Origin: Paragordius varius
Lineage: Eukaryota > Animalia > Nematomorpha
DNA length: 64,000 nucleotides
Direction: 5' to 3'
Assembly: GCA_964247055.1 (NCBI GenBank)
Contig: OZ176050.1
Span: forward strand, 14,136,001-14,200,000
A program made the translations under genes and the position numbers. Below are positions 39,701-51,513 of this stretch, one piece after another. How positions within the stretch are numbered: the first letter of the stretch is position 1; each line of letters opens with the position of its first letter. A model generated the notes under the pieces. The model did no database searches. It saw only the letters and a program-made list of their open reading frames with translations, and was not told the DNA's origin.

Positions 39701-40800
39701 TATGCTCAAAAATAAACACATATCAGCAAAAAACAAAGGTTTAATTAGAGTTGTTGATAAGCGACAATAGTTTAAATTGAATAACACGTTAACGACAAAA
39801 AACAATAATTTAACCGAAGAGACGATAACCCAAATAAAATTTATAAGAATATATGGTTAAAATATTATTAAAAATATAATTTAGTATATGAGGGTACTTA
39901 TCTTTGATTTTCCTGTGGCATACGTACTGTTCCCCTAAACAACTGAAATTTTATGGGTGACTCAACTTTTATTAAAAAAGAATTCATTTCCGAGTATCGT
40001 AAAATTTCATCAGGGTAATAAGCTTAGATTGCACTCTTGACAAAGACGGAATCATCCATATCCCTAAAGTATATATAAAATGTATTTGATGGTATCAAGG
40101 TGTGTTATTCTCTTATCCAAAAGGCAGACGATAGATTCAGAATTCAATCACAAATTTATATAAGAATCATTACTGTCCATTTCATATTTTTTTAACATAT
40201 TTAAAATGAAGCTAACGAATCAACATATCTGACATCATATATGGTAAAAATTTAAAAATTTCAGATGAAAAAATGAAATTAGTATTTACAGATGAGTAAA
40301 TTAAATCATTTTTTACATAAAAAAACAAAAAAGCTGTAAAAATTAAATTTACTTTTAAAAATAAAAGCCCACAAAGCTATTACAAAGTGATATTTATACA
40401 ACAAACATTATTAACATCCAAGAACATATAATAAAGTTTGATTTGATTTAATAAATTGATAAAAAATATTTGTGTAAAAAAATGTTAAGTTACCCAATTT
40501 TTGAGGGTTTTTGCTCCCTAAAACAAAACTATTGGATATTATAAGTAAATTTTTTTTTATTTTGAAGATAAATTGGTAATTTCTTGTAAAAAACTCATGT
40601 AAGCCACATATTATTTGTTTACATAGCGAAAAATATTTACAAACAAGAAAATTTTGGATATGTCCAAATATGGAAAAAGTCCCATATCTCGAAAACGAGC
40701 TGGGTAAGTAAAAAAATTTTTTGCGCAAATCTGATCACAATACTATAAGGAATCAGAAAATATTTAGAAAATCGAGTCCAGAAAAAGTTGTGTCACAGTG
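36712..40800 (+). mobile_element. Chapaev3-like (CMC) DNA transposon with ~520-bp TIRs and a decayed, intron-containing transposase
   Basis: Termini CACTGTG...CACAGTG; 3-bp TSD TTA on both sides; 36730-37230 is inverted at 40290-40790; transposase motifs PMKWREAKSHSECYFC, WVLFLDAS, CPLCEWDSRD, LPPLRTLLGLAK, GPQ, GCRMSLKLHMVDSHLCFFP (37570-39110). Confidence 0.85.
39550..39760 (+). mobile_element. LINE (RTE-like) RT C-terminal fragment inside the Chapaev element
   Basis: IELLNNFKYLGDVIHCLGRINQSVKYRSQQAG..LKNKHISAKNK matches the FKYLG..RI..A region of non-LTR RTs. Confidence 0.6.
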
Positions 40801-41380
40801 TTATTATTAAATTCAACAAAAATTACATATATCATTGGCGAAAATTAACTTTGTCAACAAACATAGAACAATAATAATTTCTTAAATAATTTTTTATTTT
40901 AGAGTCTTTGTTCTTATAGTAAACTATAATACCAACTTTAAAATAACAATTTACGTTTCAGGTAATAATTGTTATTTTTTTAAAAATTTTAACTGTTAGC
41001 CAATTATGTTTTTAGACTAAGTATTTCATTTAAAAATTTCTTTTCCATAATTGGTTTTGGGCTAAGCAACTAATTTTTTGATTCATCATTTAATCATATA
41101 ACTTGCATGCTTTAACATAAAAAACCCATCTCATATAGCCAAAAAGTGGGTAATGTGTGCGTTTTGTGAACAAAATCTATTTATAGTCATGTAACCTTTA
41201 TTATATCAAAAAAAAATTTTCGTTAAATGGGCATAAATATTTGGTAAGGAATGGAAAAACAAGAGCTCGACGATAGGGCTTCTTAAACTATGGCTCGCGA
41301 CCCCATTTGGGATCACGTAGCAAAATTATGGGTCGCAAGTGATAAAATTCAAATTTAACAAAAAATATTTTTTAACTTGT

Positions 41381-41930
41381 AAAATTTATATATTTATAAA
41401 AATGGATAGTGGTGGATTTGTGATCTGTTTCCTAAAAACGGGTAGACCCATTCAAATCCAAATATCGAAAAAATATAATTTATGAATGCCCTGACAATAG
41501 ATGCCCTCTTTTTAAATTAGGCCCCCAGTTCGGGTCCACTTCGTGTAAAAAATGGGTTTTTTTGAAAACAGAAGTCCACAAAAATTGTGTCTTTGAGACA
41601 ATTTTCCGAAAAACGTGTTGGACCATTCGATTTCAAATTTATTTTTTTTTATTTTCAATTTTATAGTCGGGTCCTTCTAATTTCGGCCCTCTTTTTCCCC
41701 GCTCCCCCCGTTAAGTGACATTTTTAAAAAGTCCACAAAAATATTTTTTGAATCGTTTCGCCCAAGGTATGAGACCCTAAAAATTCAATAAGCATTCCCG
41801 TATTCCCTGTTAAAAGGCATATATTTTAGTCAAGCGTTTTTTATATTGACCGCTGGGTAAGGAGATAGTAGCTAAAACCTGCCCCTTCATATAAAAATAG
41901 CGTGCCTTTGGGGCTAAATTTTCATAAAAA
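41381..41930 (+). mobile_element. Helitron-family copy, 3' truncated
   Basis: ATTTATATATTTATAAAAATGGATAG start followed by one internal unit. Confidence 0.65.
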
Positions 41931-43674
41931 TTGACAATGAATAACATAAAAACAAAACAATCCAAAATCTACTTAAATTTTAACAAATATATAACCTGTA
42001 TTTTAATTACTAATAACAACTATATAAAATAATACCAATATCGATTAATACAGGTATTTATCATGTTGAAAAATAATAATTATTGAATTTAATTATGAAT
42101 CATAAATAATTAAATACCCATTTTACTAATTATTAAATTATTAAAGATAAAAACCCACAAAATTCCGCATCTAAATACGTAACAACAATATTTCAAATGT
42201 TAACATAAATTGCTATAATATTCTCAAAATTTAACATTACAAAATATCCATCAAATTTAAGTGAAGGGTTAGTAGTTAGTGTATTTTCATTTTTTTACTA
42301 AAAGATTTCCGACGCCCTTCCCCTTCATTTTTTACTTTTTTAAAGAATATGATATGGCAATACCATATTGCTCTTGTTTTTATATTCTTTACCAAAAATT
42401 AATACCCAATTAACGAAAAAAAGTAAATCTTTAACAATTTAAAGTCTACATGACTGTAAATTATTTATATATTAAATATATAAATTCCTTTCCATACTTT
42501 ATTAATTTCCAAAAAATAATGAATTTTAACTTATACTATAATTGCTTGTTTAAACATGAGCGGGTTTATGGGTAGAAAATGAGATAGTAAACCTCACCCT
42601 ATGTTGTTGCCATTTAAGTTATATTTTTAGTATTTGTTTACTCAGCTTAGGTCAAAATCAACATTTATTGTATATTAGTTTTAAAATAATCCCCCACCTT
42701 TAACAAACGGGTAACAGAAAAGATAATTTATTTATTCATTTTTCATTTCTATTTTTGAAAAAACGTATTTATATTCCATTCCATATACAAGGCAAAAAAA
42801 TTTGAGATTAATTTAACAACATTAGTATTTCTAACATTGAAATATATTTAAACAAATAAAAAAATTTGAATTTAGAGCGAATTTAAAAATACAACAAAAT
42901 AAGATTGTGTTAATGGGTTTTTAGAATATAAAATAACGTAAAAAAGCGAATAATAGCAAAATCAAAATGCACCAAGCAAAGAATTTACGGCATATTACCT
43001 CGCGTAGATAGTTATATTAATGGTGTTAAATAATTATTAAATAAATAACTACCCAGTTCAGGTACCATTTTCATTCATTTTTAGAAAGTAGTTTCGTTGA
43101 TTTTTTCTAAAAACTTATAAGTTATCCCATCCTGTAAGGTACTAAACGGACATTTTTATTAAAATCGTATATGTGATATCCTAACAACACAGTTATTTTG
43201 TTATCTTTATATATTGAAAAGAGGAGAAGAATAAGCCAGGCCCATTTTTATAACCCACTTAACAACTTTGTGACCCTCAATGTCCTTAAAGTGTCCATCC
43301 ACTATATGCCCTTACCTAATGCATTGCTTGGAACCAGGGTCAATTTATATTTTAGTAACAAATGAAAAACATCTCCATTTGGGAATATTCACATGTATGG
43401 AATTACCTTTATATACATACATATATATAATAAATATCTTACGCTTGTTTTATTTGTCAAAATGATGAAAAAACAACCTTTTTTAGCAAAAATGTTGTTT
43501 TATAAGCGAATAAAAACATTTAGATTCGATTTTTATTAAGTTATTACATATGGCATTATTGCCTTTATTTGACTGGTTTATGCCCATAACGGCATTATTG
43601 GCGGTCAAACTAGTTATTGTCTTTTGATGAAAACCAAAAACCTAACTTATCCTAATTGTCGCTTAAAAGATATA

Positions 43675-44379
43675 TACCATTTGCACTTCAGAGTGTCCTT
43701 GAACAATTCAAGTTGGTCCTTGAACAATTCAAGCTGGTCCTTGAACAGTTCAAGTTGGTCCTTGAATAATTCAAATTGGTCCTTGAACAATTCATGGTCC
43801 TTGAACTTTTTTGTTTTATTTTTAACTTTTATCAATCAAATCGAAAATAATTCGTCTATTTTATTGTTTTTAACCTATTTTCTATTATTTAACATAAATT
43901 TTAAATCGATATCAACTTTTAATCTTTGACAAACCGTATATCTTTATTAATTTCTAATAAATTTAGATATTTATATGATTTTAACACGAAATGAAAAAAT
44001 ATATAAGTTTTCTGGGTTATTAATTAAAATTTTTCATTAAAAACATTTAAAAGTCAATAATTTTGTTCAAATGAAAAAAAAATAGTTTTAAACAAAAAAA
44101 AGTGGTTTATCAATAAAAAAATTTATTTTTAGAATAAATATATAATAAATAAAGAAAATTAGGTTAATAAATAATTAAATAAAAAAAAATGCAAAAATTA
44201 TGGTTAAATCAAAATTTATAAATTTTAAGGACCAACTTGAACTGTTCAAGGACCAACTTGAATTGTTCAAGGACCAACTTGAACTGTTTAAGGACCAACT
44301 TGAATTGTTCAAGGACTAACTTGAATTGTTCAAGGACCAACTTGAAATGTTTAAGGACACTCTGGAAGTGCAAATGGTA
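43675..44379. mobile_element. Foldback MITE, type a
   Basis: TACCATTTGCACTTC...GAAGTGCAAATGGTA, TA flanks, 21-bp arrays on both arms. Confidence 0.88.
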
Positions 44380-46424
44380 TATATATATATATTTGTGTTT
44401 TTTCTATTTTTTAAGCTGGTTCTTATAAGGGGTTTACTGTACTGCTTTACACATTTTTGAAATAACTTCTCTAACCAAGTATTTAAGCGCAAAACCTTTT
44501 CAGCTACAATTAATTATGATCCATTAGATGCCATATATAATAATCATTGCGATAAAGTCAATTGTTATTAAACTTATTTATTGTAGCGTACCACTGTTTC
44601 GAATGGCTACAAGCTACTAGTAAAAATATCAGTCCTGGTTTTTCTTATTTGATGGGCGGTTTTTAATTCGGTTATCCAAAAATAGAGTTTAGTTTGAAAC
44701 AAATTTCTCATTTAATTGCATGATTTCTAATGCGATTGCCCTATATTCTTCTGATCAATTTGAATTATTAAGCCGTAGCTTATTTAAAATAATTTTATTT
44801 TTTTGTATGTCAAAAAATAATAACGTGGGTAATTTCATGTGTGCGTTTTGTGAACAAAAAATCTATTTATTATATGGCCAAATACATTTATCATAAGCTA
44901 GTTTTCGTTGTATAACATGTATAAATTATTTATATACTTAATATATTTTAATTACTTTTTCCCATACTTTTGGCATATTCCTCTAAATATTTTGATCAAA
45001 TAGTAATCCATACATATAATTTCTTGTTTGAACAAGTGAGCGGTTTATGGGTACATATTGGATAACATCATCCTATAGCGCCTGTGCCAAATTTGGGTTC
45101 TATTTTTGGTGTTTATTTACTCAACTGGAATCGTGTCTTTTATAGCCCCCCCCCCTTCCCTTCCTCCCCAAAATAAAATTAAACGGGTTAAGATAATCTT
45201 TTCTTATTCAAGGATAACACAATTATTTCATTTTTTAAAAAAAAATTCGCATACTTTTAAAATTTTATTCCATAATTAAAGGTAACAATCCGTTTATATT
45301 GGTTAATTAGGCTATATGATTTTGAGTTATATTTTAGTTATTTATTATTACATTTTAAAAGATTATAATTATTTGACCAGAAATATTAACTTATACGAAA
45401 TTTATAAAATATATATTTTACGAATGGGTTTTAGAATGAATAATCAGGATTATAATGTAAAAAAGTGAATAATGGCAAAAAATAAAATCGCGCCAAGCAA
45501 AAAATTTACGACATATGTCTTCAAATAGAGCATTTTAATGAATAAATTGGTGTTTTAAATAATTTTTTTAATAAATACTGTTGTGCCATTTTTTATTATA
45601 AAAATCTCTATAAGAAAAATGGAAAACGGACATTTTCATTAAAATGATATAAGATATAAAGACATAAATGACTATCCTTAAAAAGTTTTTAAACAGGAGT
45701 GTCCAACATGCTTTTTTCAGCACGCAAAAGTGCTCTAAAAATGGAAAAGTAATAAAAAATTAGATTTTAATTAAATATTTACGATTATATAGAAGATATA
45801 TCACTCAGAATCGGGCTTAAAATAAATAAATAAAAATCCCACATTATCAAAGCGCCTCGAAGCTATTTGTGTTGGAAATTCTTGATTAAAGGATTGTACT
45901 TTTATTTCAATTTTAATTTTTATTGAGTCGGTGTCCTATTATAACCACTTTATACGTTACATTTCTTGAGCCACGGTATACTTGATGAGCATAAAAACCA
46001 ATTACACATCTCCGTTTCGTAATGAAATACTTAGTTGTTTGCTTAATTGATACATAATCGCAAATAAAAATTTGATATAATATAGATTTTTTTAACAACA
46101 TATAATTGAATTATTAGTATTAATTAACCATTAAATTAGAGTGAGCAGTGACATATATAGGCGGTCAAATTAGTTATATTTGACGAAAATTTTACTTAAA
46201 CATATAGGATATCTTCTTTGTTGATTAAATGATGAAGATAAATAATATTATCTATTTTTCTAAATATTTTAAGCGAGTTTTGTTAAAAGCACATTTATAT
46301 TTCAGACCATATTACTATAACTTATCATAATTTTGATTGCACAAATATGTCGTGTGCATATCAACATTTGATCAAATCAAAAGGCTTTATCAGAATACTA
46401 CACATTTTTAGAATATAATCCAGC

Positions 46425-46497
46425 ATGCAATTATTCAATCACTTGGCTTTCTGCTTCTGTGGAGCTTTCCTCCTGTTCCTGATCGAATAGGCAGAAG
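46425..46497 (+). pseudogene. Gene B exon 1 (MQLFNHLAFCFCGAFLLFLIE*AE-G), nonsense at codon 22
   Basis: Gap-free alignment to 16966-17038; TAT>TAG at 46488-46490; donor GAAG|GTAGAT retained. Confidence 0.75.
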
Positions 46498-47526
46498 GTA
46501 GATATATTTATTTACTATGTGCAGTAGAAACAAAAAACCAAATAAAAAAATATTTTTATCTGAAGACCGATATGGTAAGCTTTATACGAGTCATTTTAAG
46601 CTTATATTAAACTTGTACCGTAAATTGCCAGGATTTTAATATCCAAAATATAAAATAGAGATTAAGTGGTAAGATTTGTATATCGAAATTAATTATTTTT
46701 TAAAATAAGGCATCTGTTTTTTATTATTATAATGCAGTTTTAATCACGCATGTAATGCGAAACGCCTGTTTCAATTTACAAATAAAATATGCGCTGAAAA
46801 TAATTGATTTAAACATTAGCATGTGTTAAAATTTAAAGCGCAATCTAATGCTAATAAATTATATGTAAGAAAATATAAGGTTAAATAATTATGGTGTATT
46901 TTGGGAAAATTATTTGTCTTTATTTTACGTTTTGTCCGTAGAATTTCATTTCTTAACATATAAATGTATCAATATTCTCATAATGCTTTTGGTTTTTGAC
47001 CTTGCACATCATTTAAGCAAGGCTTAGACTGGAACATGAAATGAACTAGATTTCTTGGGTTTTAGGAATCGATTCCGTTGGAACAAACCTAATTCCGGTT
47101 CCACCTTTAAAATAAGTGTTGCCAGATTTCATTTTTAAAAATAAAATTTGTGCCTAAATTATTTTATCAAAGGCCATGTGAATAAGCTAAAACATTAGCG
47201 CATTCATATGGGCTATGACTTATGAGGAAAAACATGTTTAAGAAATGAGATTTTTGACGCAATTTTGAAAAGTATTATATTATTTATAGATGTCAATCTT
47301 TTTTTTGAATAATCATGAAGGCGAAAAATTCTTTCGAAAATCACGAGCAAAATAAATAACGGAATTATGAAAAAACACGAAAGTATAGAAAATGTGTAAC
47401 ATTAGAGCATGCACCAGAAAAAAGCATGACTTTACTAAGGGATTCAAATTTTTTTAAAAATGTTAAGGCATAATAACTTTAATTTATTTTACTATAACAA
47501 ATTTCAAATATGTTTTAATACATATA

Positions 47527-48962
47527 TACCATTTTTCATGCAAAAACATCATTTTTTCAAGCAAACGCACCATTTTTTCAAGCAAACGCAACATTTTTTC
47601 AAGCAAAGGCAACAATTTTTCAAGCAAATGCAACATTTTTTCAAGCAAAGACAACATTTTTTCAAGCAAAAACAACACTTTTTTATAATATTACAAAGAA
47701 TTATTATTTATTGTTAATTATAAATTATTTATTAAATTTTAAGTAAAAATTTATTTTTAGCGTTGAATTATGATTTTTATCGTTTTATCATCAATATTTG
47801 ATGGTAAAATTGATTTTCAAATATTTTGAATCTGCCCATAAATTGCCTTATTTATTTATATTAATTATATTTTTCTTTTACAATTTTGGTTTCGCCTAAT
47901 CAAATTATTTAATTTGCACTTCAAGAGTGTCTTTGAAAGTTTAAAGTTGTCCTTCACTTCAAGTTGGTCCTTTGACTTTTTTGTTTTGTTTTTAACTTTT
48001 ATCAATTAAATCGAAAATAATTTATCTATTTTATTGTTTTTAACCTATTTTCTATTATTTAACATAAATTTTAAATCGATATCATCTTTTAATCTTTGAG
48101 AAACCGTATATCTATATTAATTTCTTAAAATAATTTTAGATATTTATAACACGAAAAAAATATATGAGTTTTCTGGGTTATTAAAAAATTTTCATTAAAA
48201 ACATTAAAAGTTAATAATTTTGTTCAATTAAAAAAATATTTTGAAACAAAAAAGTGGTTTTTCAATAAAAATTTTTATTTTTAAATGGATAAATATATAA
48301 TAAATAAAGAAAATTAGGTTAATAAATAATAATATATATTAAAAAATAAATGCAAAAATTAGGGTAAAACAAAATTTATATATTTTAAGGACCAACTTAA
48401 AGAGTTCAAGGACCAACTGGAAATGTTCAAGGACCAACTTGAAGGGTTCAAGGACACTGTTGAAGTGCAAATTAAATAATTTGATTAGGCGAAACCAAAA
48501 TTGTAAAAGAAAAATATAATTAATATAAATAAATAAGGCAATTTATGGGCAAATTCAAAATATTTGAAAATCAATTTTACCATCAAATATTGATGATAAA
48601 ACGATAAAAATCATAATTCAACGCTAAAAATAAATTACATTTACTTAAAATTTAATAAATAATTTATAATTAACAATAAATAATAATTCTTTGTAATATT
48701 ATAAAAAAGTGTTTTTGCTTGAAAAAATGTTGTCTTTGGTTGAAAAAATGTTGCGTTTGGATGAAAAAATGTTGCGTTTGTTTGAAAAAATGTTGCGTTT
48801 GCTTGAAAAAATGTTGCGTTTGCTTGAAAAAATGTTGTCTTTGCTTGAAAAAATGTTGCATTTGCTTGAAAAATTGTTGCCTTTGCTTGAAAAAATGTTG
48901 CGTTTGTTTGAAAAAATGGTGCGTTAGCTTGAAAAAATGATGTTTTTGCATGAAAAATGGTA
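47527..48962. mobile_element. Compound foldback: type-b outer arms (21-bp CAACATTTTTTCAAGCAAACG arrays) around a type-a MITE core (47912-48472)
   Basis: TACCATTTTTCATGC...GCATGAAAAATGGTA; near-perfect inverted arms 47527-47920 / 48465-48962. Confidence 0.88.
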
Positions 48963-49765
48963 TATATATATTAAAATTTAAATATTATTTTATTAATATC
49001 TTTCCTGCCTGGCCTATGCATAATTATTATTGCAAGCAAAAGCAAGCCTAAATTCTAGAGTAAATTTTGAAATATACATTGCTCCAAGAATAAAAAATAT
49101 GTTCTAGCCTATCATGGGTTGAGAAAAAGAATAGATAAGTATTGCATTAAATTTGGATAAACATTTATATATTACAGAAATTTGAAGAGAAAGAATAGTC
49201 AAAGGTGATTGAACTTGAATTACATTTTAAAAGTTCATTTATAACATCGCAAAGCATTATACAGTTTCCCTCATGCTTTTATATAGTTAAATACACTTCA
49301 ACATCATTTAAAATTTTTATGCTATAAGGTTGTATTAAAAAACTTACATTTTTGCGTTAGTATTAAGAAAACCTACTTATTTTAGAAGGAAAATTATTTT
49401 TGTAATAGTTTGTTATAAAATTAATATTGTTAGAAAAAATTTTATGAACCAATTTTTATGGTATTTTGGAGCATGGTGAAAAGGCTAAAAAACATTTTAA
49501 CATCATAAGTACATTCCATATTATTTAAATTATAATCCCCTTTTAAATCTATGTTTTCTTTAATTTGTCTATAATTTTTATGCTCCGAATTACCATAAAA
49601 TATTTTTACAAAATTTTACTAAAATTAAATTCCAAGTATGTATTCCTAAAAAGAAATTTTTTGATATAATCTATTATATATAAAAGATTCTCAAAATCTC
49701 GGCTTTTTTGCGTTTGTTTTAAAAAAGTTACTGATAATACTTTTTGGAGAGTTTAGCTTTAAAAA

Positions 49766-50466
49766 CACGGCTTGGACCTGGTTTATATAAAATGGAACAG
49801 AACTGCGTTGGTTCCTTTTAACGGTTTCGGAACCGGTTATAAATGTAAAGAACCGGTTCCATTTTCAGTTCCTGACTTTTGATTAAATGATTTTCTTACA
49901 AAATATTTATTATAATAATAATAATAATACAACCAAAATATTAATTATAAATCAAACAATTTAATTGCCAAATGTATAGTGAAAAAAATATAGTGTAGTG
50001 AAACAAATTATAATATATAAGAAAAAGTATTACAAGTGTTAAACTATGGCATCCAAAAAAATCTTTATTTAACTTTAAAAAATTTTCCAGCACAAAATTT
50101 GCTGGTCAAACTGCTTCTCATATCTGATAAATTAAGGGTTAAAAAATTCCCTTCAACGGAGACTAATATGTACGAACATTTGGATTATAAACATACTTGA
50201 GTTATGACAATTAGTTTTTTTAAGAAACAGCCGAATCGTCAGAAATTCAGAGAGTATTGCTAATATAATAATATTAGGGGCTTAGATTTAGGTTTGAAGT
50301 ATTTAATATGTAGTGTACAATCAAAAATTAAATAATAAAAATTTTATAATAAAAATCATATGGGAACCAGTAATTAAGGGGGTGGAACCGGAACCGGGTT
50401 GGTTCCTAAACGGTTCGAACCGGTTTTTGTTAGAATCCCAGAACCGGGTTCCGGTTCCAAGCCCTG
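49766..50466. mobile_element. hAT-like MITE with GAACCG subterminal repeats
   Basis: CACGGCTTGGACC / GGTTCCAAGCCCTG ends; clusters of GAACCG/CGGTTC; imperfect 8-bp flanks TTTAAAAA / TTCTAAAA. Confidence 0.65.
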
Positions 50467-51040
50467 TTCTAAAATATTCCATTTACCATAATGTTCGAAA
50501 TTTTTATGTGTTTTCTTATTGATGTGAACCATTTGCTACAAGTAATAATTTGTCTAATATCAATTGTAAAACTCCAAAAACACCACAAAAATTTTGCTAA
50601 ATTTATCTGCAATTTAAGCTAAAACCGAAAGGTAAAAATTTCGTCAACGTGACATGTGTCAAATTGTAAAATTGAAAAATTATACAAATTAAACCGCTTT
50701 TTCTATTTCTATCAATGTTAGATGTAATTTATATAAAAAATGAGCTCTAGTTTTACTCTTAAAATTAAATAAAGACTATATTTTGCAAAAATTTTGTAAA
50801 ATAAAAATGGCGTCGAAGTAGTTTGAGATGGAGCTTTTTTTTAAAACAAAATTTTATCAAAATATTTTGGCATAGATAGAAGCATACATTTAAATTGGGA
50901 CCGTTTCCTTCAGTAGTTTTTTAAAAATATTAATTTAAATTTAGTCTGGGGTATTTAGATACCCCAATTTGAATTGAAGTGTTAACTTATAATTACAATT
51001 TAAATTAAATTGAATCTATGTATCCTAAAAAAATTTTATA

Positions 51041-51331
51041 ATAACTTACAATTCAAATTCACCCTTAAACAATTGAATTTCACCCTTGAACAATTTAAAT
51101 TCACCCTAAATAAATTATGTCTTTTTTAACATTTAAATTACCTTAATTTTTTAATATTTTTAAAAAATAAAGTTGCGTTTATTCTGAAAAAATAATAAAT
51201 TATGCCATATATATTTATTATTAATGATGAGTTTTATTAATGCGAAAATACATAATTTATTTTTAGGGTGAATTCGAATTGTTCGAGGGTGAATATGAAA
51301 CGTTCAAGGGTGAATTTGAATTGTAAATGAT
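51041..51331. mobile_element. Foldback MITE, type c (21-bp TTCACCCTTGAACAATTTAAA)
   Basis: Inverted 21-bp arrays; second copy at 56911-57201. Confidence 0.75.
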
Positions 51332-51340
51332 ATATTTTAG

Positions 51341-51513
51341 AGATTACATGTGGAGCCAATTCGTACATTATTAAAGACAAGGATGTAACCAGTGATCCTA
51401 AGGATCCAGCCGGGATAACTGTTAAAACGGTTCCAGGCAATCCCAATATGCCAACTTATGTGGTAACATAACAAGCTATCGACTCTGCTGTAACTTTAAC
51501 GGTTTTTATATAA
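51341..51513 (+). pseudogene. Gene B exon 3 homolog (ITCGANSYIIKDKDVTSDPKDPAGITVKTVPGNPNMPTYVVT*QAIDSAVTLT...)
   Basis: Acceptor ttttAG|; gap-free to 29099-29259; TTA>TAA at 51469-51471. Confidence 0.78.

Noticed and set aside
43220-43400. Less AT-rich patch with a short minus-strand frame (DGHFKDIEGHKVVKW)
   Set aside because: No partner exon, homolog or recognisable motif.
43690-44370. 21-bp repeats as a CRISPR array
   Set aside because: Repeats are contiguous with no unique spacers, occur in inverted arms, and there are no cas genes; the context is eukaryotic.
47460-48951. Repetitive ORFs (LLEKM-, QHFFK-, KKCC-type) and the SSWSLN/EQFKLV/RTNLNC ORFs at 20644-21270 and 43624-44428
   Set aside because: These are translations of the 21-bp MITE subrepeats, open on both strands and in several frames because the unit is a stop-poor multiple of 3.
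46488-51471. Stop-codon reassignment to explain in-frame TAG and TAA in gene B
   Set aside because: Each is a single substitution from copy A and they align to different residues (Tyr, Leu). B also appears to lack exon 2, so pseudogenisation is simpler.
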